Of a DNA stretch of 24,144 nt, positions 1-7,848 are shown piece after piece. Both the position numbers and the translations under genes were made by a program. Numbering within the stretch: position 1 is the first letter of the stretch; each line of letters begins with the position of its first letter. Location: positions 1 through 24,144 of IMG/VR virus record IMGVR_UViG_3300037424_003015. The stretch is one strand, 5' to 3'. The DNA is from a virus. Lineage: Duplodnaviria; Caudoviricetes. The notes beneath the pieces are model-generated. The model had not been told where the DNA came from and searched no databases. It saw nothing but the letters and a program-made list of their open reading frames with translations.

Positions 1-774
1 TCAGTATGGCACCGTGACGTAGTCCCACACGGGCTCAGGCAGACCCTCGACGTGGTCCTCCTGCCCGGTGGCTGCCCAGACCTTGATCCGGTCGTTGCAG
101 AACGCCCTGCCCGCGAGCATCCGCCGTTCGTCGCGGGTAAGGCAACGGTGCTCGACGGTGTACGGCGTCTTCATCTGCACGGCGGGGATGTGGGGATAGG
201 TCCGGTCGAAGTCCTGGAAGATCCAGTGACGTCGCCCGTCCTTCTCCGCCGAGAACGCGCCGTGGTGGCGCTCGCAGGTGATGCCCGGCAGGGCACGGAA
301 GAAGTGACCGAGGAAGTAGGTCGCCTGCGCCTCGCGGGCGTGCCAGTTCGTCGCCGCCATCGAGCCCGGTGGGGTCCAGTAGGTGACGGACACGACATCG
401 ACGCCATCGGCGAGGAGCTGGGCAAGCTCGGCCCGAACCGGCTCCCGTTCGGCGTGGTCGATCCAATCGGCATCCGAGGTCAGGATCCAATCAGTCCCGC
501 GCGCAGCCCGTTCGAGGATGAAGGCGCGCTTCGCCACCTGCCCGGCCCACAGCTCGTCGGGGACGATGACCTCGCACTCGAGCCCGCATTCAGCAGCCGT
601 CTCGCGGATGACGGCAGCCTGCTCCGGGGGGCTGGCCGGTGTCCCTCCGGGGTAGCGCCGATAGGCTCCATCCACGGCGACGATCCGGTCGGCCGTGTTG
701 GCGAGCCCGAGCACGCAGTCACGCAACAGGTCGACCGGCTCATCCCACCAGACAAGAGCCGCGGTAACGATCAT
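1..774 (-). CDS. GT-A fold (GT2-like) glycosyltransferase, 257 aa
   Basis: ATG at 774 overlaps the upstream stop (ATGA); 'RIVAVDG' strand and 'DWILTSDADW' DxD motif; the track start at 891 overlaps the previous gene. Confidence 0.8.
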   Translation of the reverse strand: MIVTAALVWWDEPVDLLRDCVLGLANTADRIVAVDGAYRRYPGGTPASPPEQAAVIRETAAECGLECEVIVPDELWAGQVAKRAFILERAARGTDWILTSDADWIDHAEREPVRAELAQLLADGVDVVSVTYWTPPGSMAATNWHAREAQATYFLGHFFRALPGITCERHHGAFSAEKDGRRHWIFQDFDRTYPHIPAVQMKTPYTVEHRCLTRDERRMLAGRAFCNDRIKVWAATGQEDHVEGLPEPVWDYVTVPY

Positions 775-1481
775 GCCGCCACCGCCATCTCGGCCATGAG
801 GACCCGTGCCCGCTCCACGAGATCGGCCGGGTAGACCGTCGCGAGGCGTACCCAGGGGTCCGTTCGCTCGACGACGCCCCAACGCCGCCACAGGCTCGCG
901 TAGTGGGTGATGAACGGCGGCACCCGGAAGCCGACGTACTGGAGCGGGTGTCGGTCATACCACTCCCAACGCGGCGGTCGGGCGAGCCCTCGAATGGTGA
1001 GGTGATCCGTATTCCGCATGATCTCGTCGGGCGCGGGTCGGAAGCCGACACGCTCCATCAGCGAGCGGTGGAACATGTGCGGCCCGGCTCCGACCTGTCC
1101 GACCTTGAGCTCCGCCAGCCGGGTCGGCTCCACCGGGGCGTACATCCCCGAGGTACGCGTCAGGCGCGGGTAGGGGAGGGGCAGGAAGTAGGCCGGGTCG
1201 ACCCAGCTATCCGAGCCGATCGGCACGATCCACTCGGCGCCGTGCTTGCCGGCGTACTCCTGACCATCGTTGAACTTCCGGCCGAGCCATTCGTTCGACT
1301 GCTCGACCACATCGAAGCCAAGGCTCCGTGCGATGTCGAGGTTCTCGTCGTCCGCGATGACGACCTGGTGCGCCTCGACCCCGGACAACGCGAGCGCCTC
1401 GATGACCTGCCGGCGCTGCTCGAGACAGATGGCCGTCAACTCGAACCGACCGAAGGCAGGGGTCACGAACCAGACGCTCAT
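771..1481 (-). CDS. GT-A fold (GT2-like) glycosyltransferase, 236 aa
   Basis: ATG at 1481 (ATGA overlap); 'VWFVTPAFGR' N-terminus, 'LGRKFNDG', 'WIVPIGSDSW' DxD-equivalent. Confidence 0.75.
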   Translation of the reverse strand: MSVWFVTPAFGRFELTAICLEQRRQVIEALALSGVEAHQVVIADDENLDIARSLGFDVVEQSNEWLGRKFNDGQEYAGKHGAEWIVPIGSDSWVDPAYFLPLPYPRLTRTSGMYAPVEPTRLAELKVGQVGAGPHMFHRSLMERVGFRPAPDEIMRNTDHLTIRGLARPPRWEWYDRHPLQYVGFRVPPFITHYASLWRRWGVVERTDPWVRLATVYPADLVERARVLMAEMAVAA

Positions 1482-2146
1482 GCCGCCACCCTCGGGGCGA
1501 GGAGGTCCCAGTCCACCGGGAAGAGCGCCCTGATGGTCGAGGTGATAGCACCGTGCGGTCGGTGGCTCGTCGGGCGACCGTTGTCCTGGTGACTCACGCG
1601 GAGCCATGCCGGGCCGTCGTCGATGAACGTCACCGGGTAGGCTGCCGGGATGCGTTGGTGCTGGTGGGTCAGCGCGTGTTCGCGGAACCCGACCGGCGAG
1701 TAGACCGACGGCCATGCGTTGCGGAGGTGCCGGTTCATCGCCACTCGCCCGTCCCGGACGTGGTAGCCGACCGGGAAGATATACGCCCACGGCACGGAAG
1801 CCGGAAGGACCGCCGCGTACAGCCGGGCGAAGGCATCCATCGAGAACCCGTCGTCGTCGTCGATCCGCGTCGTGAGGACCGGCCCGGACCAATCGATCGC
1901 CGTCTCCGCTTCCGCGGTACTTGTGACGGGGATGACCGGATGCCCTGCCGACCGGAAGGCATCGAGCCGGTCCTCACGGAGGGGATCGTCGGGCGCGACG
2001 AACGCGAGCCACGTCCAGTCCCCGGCCTGCTCTGAAAGGGAGCGGGCGGTGATGCCCCGGAGGAGGGCGATCCGGCGGGCGTTCGCGTCGAGCGGGTAGT
2101 CGGGGCCGCGGTACGAGCGGGTCATGAGGTAGTGGCGGAGGTTCAT
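1478..2146 (-). CDS. Glycosyltransferase, putative rhamnosyl-transferase-like GT-A family, 222 aa
   Basis: 'TARSLSEQ..W.WL', 'VLTTRIDDDDGF' and 'PAWLRVSHQDN' match the pattern of the putative rhamnosyl transferase family; sugar specificity cannot be inferred. Confidence 0.75.
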   Translation of the reverse strand: MNLRHYLMTRSYRGPDYPLDANARRIALLRGITARSLSEQAGDWTWLAFVAPDDPLREDRLDAFRSAGHPVIPVTSTAEAETAIDWSGPVLTTRIDDDDGFSMDAFARLYAAVLPASVPWAYIFPVGYHVRDGRVAMNRHLRNAWPSVYSPVGFREHALTHQHQRIPAAYPVTFIDDGPAWLRVSHQDNGRPTSHRPHGAITSTIRALFPVDWDLLAPRVAA

Positions 2147-2994
2147 CGCGCCGGAACCTCCAGCGCCATCTCCGGGTACGCCTGACCGACCTTCGCCCGG
2201 AGCGCCTGCACCTCGGCGACGAGCGCGATCTTGAGCGTCGCGGGGATAAGCGTCTCGCGGTAGGCCCGGATCGCGGCGGCACGCTGGGCCGGGTCCGGGA
2301 TGCGGCGGGCGATGTGCTCGCAGCGGGCGACGATATCCCGGTTGCGTCGGCGCATCTGCTGGCGAGCCGGGGAGTCCCTGCGACTGTCGGGGTGGGTGCA
2401 GAGAGACCCCTCCCGGCCGAAGCGGTTGTACGTCATGAAGTCCGACACCGCGACCGGCCGGACGTTCCGCATGACCCGGAGCGTGAGCGAGTCCTGGCCC
2501 AGCCTCTCGGCCGGGTTGTGAGCGCCGATCTCCGTGTACCGTGACGTTCGGTAGATGCCGACTTCGTATGCCTTGCGCTGGCCCCGTGCGAAGTCAGCGG
2601 GGACCGGAGTCCCATGACAGCGAAGGTGCTGAGGATCGCCGGGGCAGTAGGCGTCGTTGTGGTAGCGGACCCCGCCCGAGGCCACGTCCTTGCCGTAGGC
2701 CAACAGGCGCTCGATGTGGTCGGGGTCGATCCAGTCATCCGCGGCGACGGGCGCGTACCACTCGTGGGGACTGGCCCAGATCGCCACGTCCTGCGCGAAG
2801 TACGCGCCCCGGTTGACGGGGTAGGAATGGACGATGAGCCGGTCGTCGCGGATACCCGAGAGGGGCGGCTCGTCGCCGTCGCCGATGACGACGCACACGA
2901 GGTCGCGGTACGTCTGGGCGAGGACGCTCTCGACCGCTCGCCGAACGTACTCGCGGGTCGGGGCGTAGTGAGTGACGCTGACGAGGACGGTCAC
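2143..2994 (-). CDS. GT2 family glycosyltransferase, 283 aa
   Basis: 'YVRRAVESVLAQTYRDLVCVVIGDG', 'NRGAYFA', 'VAADDWIDPDHIERL' are GT2 hallmarks. Confidence 0.9.
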   Translation of the reverse strand: MTVLVSVTHYAPTREYVRRAVESVLAQTYRDLVCVVIGDGDEPPLSGIRDDRLIVHSYPVNRGAYFAQDVAIWASPHEWYAPVAADDWIDPDHIERLLAYGKDVASGGVRYHNDAYCPGDPQHLRCHGTPVPADFARGQRKAYEVGIYRTSRYTEIGAHNPAERLGQDSLTLRVMRNVRPVAVSDFMTYNRFGREGSLCTHPDSRRDSPARQQMRRRNRDIVARCEHIARRIPDPAQRAAAIRAYRETLIPATLKIALVAEVQALRAKVGQAYPEMALEVPAR

Positions 2995-3362
2995 GATGTC
3001 ACCAGAACTTCGCTGTGGACGCGGCGGCAGTCCACCTCGAGGTGGTCGCTGACCATCCCATACGCGAAGTCGCGGATGCCCGTGACCTCGTACCGATCGC
3101 CGTCGTCGGTCGCGAACCGGATGTAGCTCGCGTTCTCGACCGGGGCGCTCCGAAGCAGGAAGACGGTGTGGTCCGACACCTGCGCGCCGGCCTGACTGAT
3201 GAGCGCGATCTCGCGGGCCGACTTCGGCTGGATGAGCCCGGAGACGTTCGTCACCGTCGGCTCGCCGGGGATCGGCTGGCCGTACTCGTCCGTGGCCGTG
3301 CCGACGTCGTCGGTCGGAGTCACGATCGCGAGCGAGTGGATGAGGCGGTCGGAGATCGGCAT
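2991..3362 (-). CDS. Head-closure (stopper, SPP1 gp16-like) protein, 123 aa
   Basis: ATG at 3362 (TGATG overlap); 'TDEYGQP', 'IQP.S.RE', 'DGDRYEVTG', 'HLEVDCRRV'; position after adaptor. Confidence 0.8.
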   Translation of the reverse strand: MPISDRLIHSLAIVTPTDDVGTATDEYGQPIPGEPTVTNVSGLIQPKSAREIALISQAGAQVSDHTVFLLRSAPVENASYIRFATDDGDRYEVTGIRDFAYGMVSDHLEVDCRRVHSEVLVTS

Positions 3363-3484
3363 CAGACCACCAACCAGTGTTGGATTGCGAGACGCGGGTG
3401 CATGAACAGCCGGCGACCGCCGAGATACCGGACCTCGATCAAGGTAGTTGCGAGGATGAACCAGATCGCGAACCGACGGCGCAT
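3362..3484 (-). CDS. Small hydrophobic/basic protein, 40 aa (MRRRFAIWFILATTLIEVRYLGGRRLFMHPRLAIQHWLVV); not in ORF track
   Basis: Fills the gap exactly, with TGATG overlaps at both ends. Confidence 0.55.
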   Translation of the reverse strand: MRRRFAIWFILATTLIEVRYLGGRRLFMHPRLAIQHWLVV

Positions 3485-3858
3485 CAGCTCGCCCCGCTCG
3501 CCCGGGTCGTATCGGCGCTGATCGCGAGGCGGCCCGACAGCGGAGTCCGCACGTCACCCGCCATGTCGTCGATCTGCACATCCCAGTAGAGGGACCGGGC
3601 GATGACGTGGTCGGAGAGGTCTTCGGTGTCCTCGGGGTCGAGGGTGATCGTCGCCGTGCCGAGGGTCGGGTCGTAATCGGTCACGATCCCGGCGGCCGTC
3701 GAGAGGCTGATGATCGCCTGCGCGTCGGTGTCGGTCGGCCGGCGCTTGACCGTGAACGTGATCGTGATTCCGGTCAGGTCGATCGCCAACCCATCGGCAT
3801 CGGTGATGGCAATCTCGAACGCCTGCTTGTCGCCCCGAACCATCGAAAGGAGGCTCAT
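3484..3858 (-). CDS. BppU-N/LtfC-like beta-sandwich virion protein (fibre adaptor candidate), 124 aa
   Basis: 'RGD...IDLTG.T..F.VK...G.ATITL....T......YWDVQ......V.T.L.G' pattern. Confidence 0.7.
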   Translation of the reverse strand: MSLLSMVRGDKQAFEIAITDADGLAIDLTGITITFTVKRRPTDTDAQAIISLSTAAGIVTDYDPTLGTATITLDPEDTEDLSDHVIARSLYWDVQIDDMAGDVRTPLSGRLAISADTTRASGAS

Positions 3859-5150
3859 TCGATCTCCCCGCTGTACGTCTTCGGTGTGATCGTCCCGGCA
3901 TAGGCGTCACCGAGGACGGCTCCCGTGATGTGCCCGGGCGGGAGCGTCGCTCGCAGGTGTTCGATGCGGACCGCCTGACCGTGCGCCCGGCGCCCGAGGA
4001 TCGTGGCGAGCAGCACATCCGGCAGGCCGTGGGCGGGAGCCGGTGGCACGCCGAACGTCGCCACGCCTCCGCCCGTGGCGGCGAACCCGCCGAGGCGCTC
4101 GGTCAGCGCGGCCATCGTCAGGACCCCGCCACCCGACATGAGGGCCCCGAGGGAGCGCGCGCTCTCAACGGACAGCGACAGAGCACCGGATGCCGTCGCC
4201 ACGAGAACCACGCCCCGATCGGTCATCGACCCGAATGCCGCGGTGCCTCCGCCCGTTGCCACGAAGCTGCCCGGATGGTCCTCGCCCGTCGATCCGGTGA
4301 AGACTGCTACACCACCGCCGGTCGCTACCAGTACGCCGAACCTCTCGGATGCCTGGGCCGTCGTGATGACACCGCCGCCCGAGAGGAGCATCGCCCCGAG
4401 GCGCCCCGCCTCCACGGATGCTGCGAGCACGCCGCCGCCAGTCGCAGCCAAGAGCCCGACGCGTTCCGTCGAGGCCGAGGTAGCGGCTACCCCACCTCCG
4501 GTCGCGGAGAATGAGCCGGAGTGTTCCTCGGCCGTTGCCCCGACGGTGTAGTCCCAGGTGATGACCCCGCCGCCAGTCGCCGTCAGGGCGAGGGCGCGAT
4601 CGGTCGTCGCAGCCGTCGCCGCGACGCCTCCACCTACCGCAGAGAACGTGCCCGCATGATCTCCGGTCGCCCCGACGACCGCGGTCCCACCACCCGTCCC
4701 GGTCGTGCCGACATTCCGCTGCGTCGAGGCTGAGGCTACGGTGACGCCGCCGCCAGTGGCAACGAAGCTGCCGGAGTGTTCCTCGGCCGCGGCGGCCACC
4801 GTGACGGTCTGAGTGGCGGAGAGGACGGTGTAGGCACCGCCCGTCGTGGGGGCCCCGACCATGCGGATGGTGTACGACCCAGACGCGGCGCAGGTGACAG
4901 TGATGCTCTGCTGGGCCGCCGAGTTGGAGTTCGTGACCGGGTTGGTGCCGGCCGTGGTCAGGCCGGTGCCCGAGGCACCAATCGTCACGTAGCCGGAGCC
5001 GGGATTGACCTCCCAGCGGAAGTCGTATCGGTTGACCCCGCCCGTGCCGGTGAAGCCCGGCGTCCCCGAGAAGGCGAACGTATCGTTGATCGCCGCCGAA
5101 ACGGGAGCGGCCGGGGCGTCGCGGCTGATGCTGACGAGGGTCTTTGCCAT
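3855..5150 (-). CDS. Gly/Ala/Thr-rich repeat fibre protein with Ig-like N-terminal domain, 431 aa
   Basis: About 120-aa beta-rich N-terminus followed by 12 units of about 20 aa centred on xxGGG; lies in the virion operon. Confidence 0.75.
   Translation of the reverse strand: MAKTLVSISRDAPAAPVSAAINDTFAFSGTPGFTGTGGVNRYDFRWEVNPGSGYVTIGASGTGLTTAGTNPVTNSNSAAQQSITVTCAASGSYTIRMVGAPTTGGAYTVLSATQTVTVAAAAEEHSGSFVATGGGVTVASASTQRNVGTTGTGGGTAVVGATGDHAGTFSAVGGGVAATAATTDRALALTATGGGVITWDYTVGATAEEHSGSFSATGGGVAATSASTERVGLLAATGGGVLAASVEAGRLGAMLLSGGGVITTAQASERFGVLVATGGGVAVFTGSTGEDHPGSFVATGGGTAAFGSMTDRGVVLVATASGALSLSVESARSLGALMSGGGVLTMAALTERLGGFAATGGGVATFGVPPAPAHGLPDVLLATILGRRAHGQAVRIEHLRATLPPGHITGAVLGDAYAGTITPKTYSGEIE
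4050..4784 (-). repeat. Hierarchical coding repeat: 3 super-repeats of 4 units each
   Basis: E(E/D)HxGSFxATGGG begins at 4784, 4529 and 4283 (85 and 82 codons apart); internal GGG motifs 20 aa apart (one unit has ASG). Confidence 0.9.
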
Positions 5151-5153
5151 GGG

Positions 5154-5528
5154 CTACGCGTCGTTCAGGTCAAGCGTCGTGCTGGCCGCGACCACGGTGT
5201 ACGTGCCCTGCGCACCGAACACCTCGTCGGTGACGTCCTTCTTGAGGTAGCGGACGGTCCCCGCGGTGTTCCAAAGGCTGATCCACGAGACCGTCGTGCT
5301 GGCCGGGACATCGAGGACGACGTTGCCCGAGCAGATCGCCACGCCGGATCCGTTGGCGGCGCCCCATGCGATCGCCTTCCGAGCGTAGGCCGGCGAGCCG
5401 CCGGTAACCTCGTTTGAGGCCGTGTTGGCCGCGCCCGGATCTCCGGTGTGGAGGGCCACCCGGAGGGCCAGCGCCGCGATGGCGTCGACCCCGACGATGC
5501 GGGCGGTGATGTCGTAGTCGTTCGCCAT
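5154..5528 (-). CDS. Small beta-rich virion protein of the 'ALHTGDPG...NEV.GG..YAR' type (fibre tip/base), 124 aa
   Basis: 'VALHTGDPG', 'NEVTGGSPAYARKAIAW', 'DVPASTTVSWISLW', 'EVFGAQGTYTV' pattern common in phage minor structural proteins. Confidence 0.75.
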   Translation of the reverse strand: MANDYDITARIVGVDAIAALALRVALHTGDPGAANTASNEVTGGSPAYARKAIAWGAANGSGVAICSGNVVLDVPASTTVSWISLWNTAGTVRYLKKDVTDEVFGAQGTYTVVAASTTLDLNDA

Positions 5529-5542
5529 TCGGTTCTCCTAAC

Positions 5543-6085
5543 TCACCAGATGCCCACGGTCTGTGGATTGAGGGACGCGAGGATGTCGGCCCGCTGCTCT
5601 GGGTAGGAGCGACCCTGCTGGTAGGACTCGGACCATGAGCCGATGGTCTGGGTGACGAGCGTCGGGTTGAACGCAATCTCCAGCTTCACGAGCTCGAGCT
5701 GGGCGACGTCCCGGATGGCGAGGTCGGATTGGGGGAGGTAGGTCACGAACGTCCGGTATCGCCAGTAGATGGCCTGGTTCGTGCCGTCATTGAGGCGCCG
5801 GAGGATGTTGCCCGACTGGCTCAGCTCGTAGTCATCGGCCGCCAGCGTCGTCGCGAGCGTCCCGGTGCCCTCGACGACCGAGGTGATTGATTCGGCCGGC
5901 CGTGACAGCATGAGCAGGGGGCCGACACTCCGCGGCGTCAGGCCCTCGGTGATCGTCCCGTCCGAGGCATATGGCCCTGCGGTCAGGATGATCGACTCAT
6001 ACGCCGCGTCGAGGAGACGCTGGATCGCCTCGTCACCGAGGGTCGAGGTCACGTGCTCGCGGAACTGGTCGACGGTGAGGGCCAT
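5543..6085 (-). CDS. Head-tail adaptor (HK97 gp6/SPP1 gp15-like) with beta insertion, 180 aa
   Basis: 'LTVDQFREHV...DEAIQRLLDAA...I', 'TQTIGSWSESY'; position after capsid. Confidence 0.8.
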   Translation of the reverse strand: MALTVDQFREHVTSTLGDEAIQRLLDAAYESIILTAGPYASDGTITEGLTPRSVGPLLMLSRPAESITSVVEGTGTLATTLAADDYELSQSGNILRRLNDGTNQAIYWRYRTFVTYLPQSDLAIRDVAQLELVKLEIAFNPTLVTQTIGSWSESYQQGRSYPEQRADILASLNPQTVGIW

Positions 6086-6088
6086 GCG

Positions 6089-6304
6089 CTAGGTCTCCGG
6101 CACCTCGGCGGGGGTGGACGTCGCACGCTCGATGTCCTCGTCGAGTTGCAGCGCCTTGAACCGCTGGGGCACAGCCCGCAACAGTGGATCACCGGCTGGC
6201 ACGATCGTCCGGTTCTGGTAGTAGGCGACCGTCTTGCCCTTGATCCGCACGTAGCCCGACGAGATGGCCTGGTAGAGCGCGGCTCGTGGCTTGGCTTTCG
6301 GCAT
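6089..6304 (-). CDS. Small post-capsid protein, 71 aa
   Basis: AAAGGAG RBS upstream; 'DPLLRAVPQRF' and 'IERATSTPAE' resemble small proteins that follow capsid genes in high-GC phages. Confidence 0.7.
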   Translation of the reverse strand: MPKAKPRAALYQAISSGYVRIKGKTVAYYQNRTIVPAGDPLLRAVPQRFKALQLDEDIERATSTPAEVPET

Positions 6305-6324
6305 GTCGCTCCTTTGTGTGGGTG

Positions 6325-6356
6325 GGGGCTCCCCGTCCGGGGGAGCGGGGAGCCCC
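6325..6356 (-). terminator. GC-rich stem-loop after the capsid gene (terminator/attenuator or mRNA stabiliser)
   Basis: Perfect 11-bp inverted repeat GGGGCTCCCCG / CGGGGAGCCCC with 10-nt loop; no U tract. Confidence 0.65.
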
Positions 6357-6366
6357 TGAAGTTGGC

Positions 6367-7848
6367 CTAGATGCCGGTCGTGACGACGCCGATCTTGAGG
6401 AGCCGGAAGGCGTTATCCACGAGGATCACGCTGGAGTTCCGGTAGTGGATGAACAGGGCGCGCTGCCCGGTGAGGGCACCGTTGCCGTCGCGGACGAAGC
6501 CCGCGTCCTGGATCGCCAGGCCGACCTTGTCCACGATGAGGAAGCCGGCCTTGAAGTCCCCGAAGAGGAGGACGTCGTTGCCGGAGCCCGTCACGTCGGA
6601 ATCCATCGCCGACGTGTTGAACCGGGGGTAGCCCTTGAGGGTCGGCTGCTGGCCTCGGTTGAGGTCGCTGACCGACGTGCCGCCGAGAGCGGCCTGGAGA
6701 TCCTCGTAGGCACCGTAGAACGCGCGATGCGCGAGGAACTGGGCGCGCGGCTCGAAGCGGTCGGGCAGGCGCCCAATGAGGGTCGTGACGTCGGTCAGGT
6801 CGAAGCCGTCGCCGGTCGTCCCGACGTCGCTTGTCGCGGCGAGGCCGGCGACCACGCCTTCGGGGTAGACGGTGGTCCCAACGCCGTTGACGAAGGAATC
6901 AGCTTCCTCCATGTCCTTGGCGTCCTGGATGACGACCGCCAGCTCGGAGAGGAGGCGGGGCTGGTCCTCGGCCGATTCGACCGAGAACTTGATCTCGCCC
7001 TTGACCGGCTGCACGGTGACGGTCGGCTGGCCGAAGCTGATGGTGTTCTCGGTGATCGCAGATCCTTCGGCGGGTCCACGGGTCAGGGTGATGCCGGCGG
7101 AAGTGACGCCGTTCCAGGTGTTGCCGGCGCCGGTGATGGTCTCGACCCGGGCCATGCCGCGGAGCGGGTTGAGCGCGCCGTCGGAGGTCGGGATGATCGC
7201 CGGGTCAAGGATGACCGGGACCATGTAGCCGCCGGCCGCAAGGTTGCCCGCGCCGACTGTGGCGATGGCGGCCCGCTCGGACGGGGTGAGCATGTCGGCC
7301 TGCCCGGTCGCGATCTTGGCGAAGCCGCGGGTGTAGGTCGGACTCGATGTGGCGATGAAGAGGTTGGAGAAGTACGGGTCGTCCCCGGCCTCCTCGATGA
7401 GGCGGCCGATCTTGGCAACGGCCTTGTCGTGGTCCACCGCGGGGTGCGGGAACCGGACCGTGTCCGCGATCTTCCGGGCACCGTCGCGCATCAGCGCGAC
7501 CATGCCGTCCTGCGAGCTCGTCCGCTGGCGGTACTCCGCTAGGTCGTGCAGATCCTCCGGCAGCCGGCTGCGCGCCGGCGTGACCAGAGAACGATGCTCC
7601 TCGCGCGCCTTCGGGATGGCGGCGAAGGATTCGACGACGCGACGCCGCTCCTCGGCTTCCTCCTTGGCACCCTTGAACGCCTTGATCGCGTCCTGAAGAG
7701 CAGCCCACTCGGTGCGGGCGTCTTCCTCAAGCGGCTGCACGCCAGCCTCGGTGTTCATCTCGGTGATCCGCGCCTGCATGTCGTTGATGGCGGTTGCCAT
7801 CTCTTCCACGGTGCGGAGTGATTCGAGGGTTGGGATCGGAAACATCAA
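6367..7848 (-). CDS. Major capsid protein, HK97 fold with N-terminal coiled-coil delta domain, 493 aa
   Basis: Helical N-terminus; 'AGGYMVP', 'AEGSAITE..ISF', 'FVNGVGT..PEGV', 'LKGYP', 'LLFGDF', 'NAFRLL'. Confidence 0.95.
   Translation of the reverse strand: MMFPIPTLESLRTVEEMATAINDMQARITEMNTEAGVQPLEEDARTEWAALQDAIKAFKGAKEEAEERRRVVESFAAIPKAREEHRSLVTPARSRLPEDLHDLAEYRQRTSSQDGMVALMRDGARKIADTVRFPHPAVDHDKAVAKIGRLIEEAGDDPYFSNLFIATSSPTYTRGFAKIATGQADMLTPSERAAIATVGAGNLAAGGYMVPVILDPAIIPTSDGALNPLRGMARVETITGAGNTWNGVTSAGITLTRGPAEGSAITENTISFGQPTVTVQPVKGEIKFSVESAEDQPRLLSELAVVIQDAKDMEEADSFVNGVGTTVYPEGVVAGLAATSDVGTTGDGFDLTDVTTLIGRLPDRFEPRAQFLAHRAFYGAYEDLQAALGGTSVSDLNRGQQPTLKGYPRFNTSAMDSDVTGSGNDVLLFGDFKAGFLIVDKVGLAIQDAGFVRDGNGALTGQRALFIHYRNSSVILVDNAFRLLKIGVVTTGI

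Noticed and set aside
1-2994. GT cluster as a host polysaccharide locus marking the prophage edge, or as gtrABC serotype conversion
   Set aside because: Coupled to the head-closure gene by a GTGA overlap, same strand, no att-like break, no TM segments, flippase or polymerase
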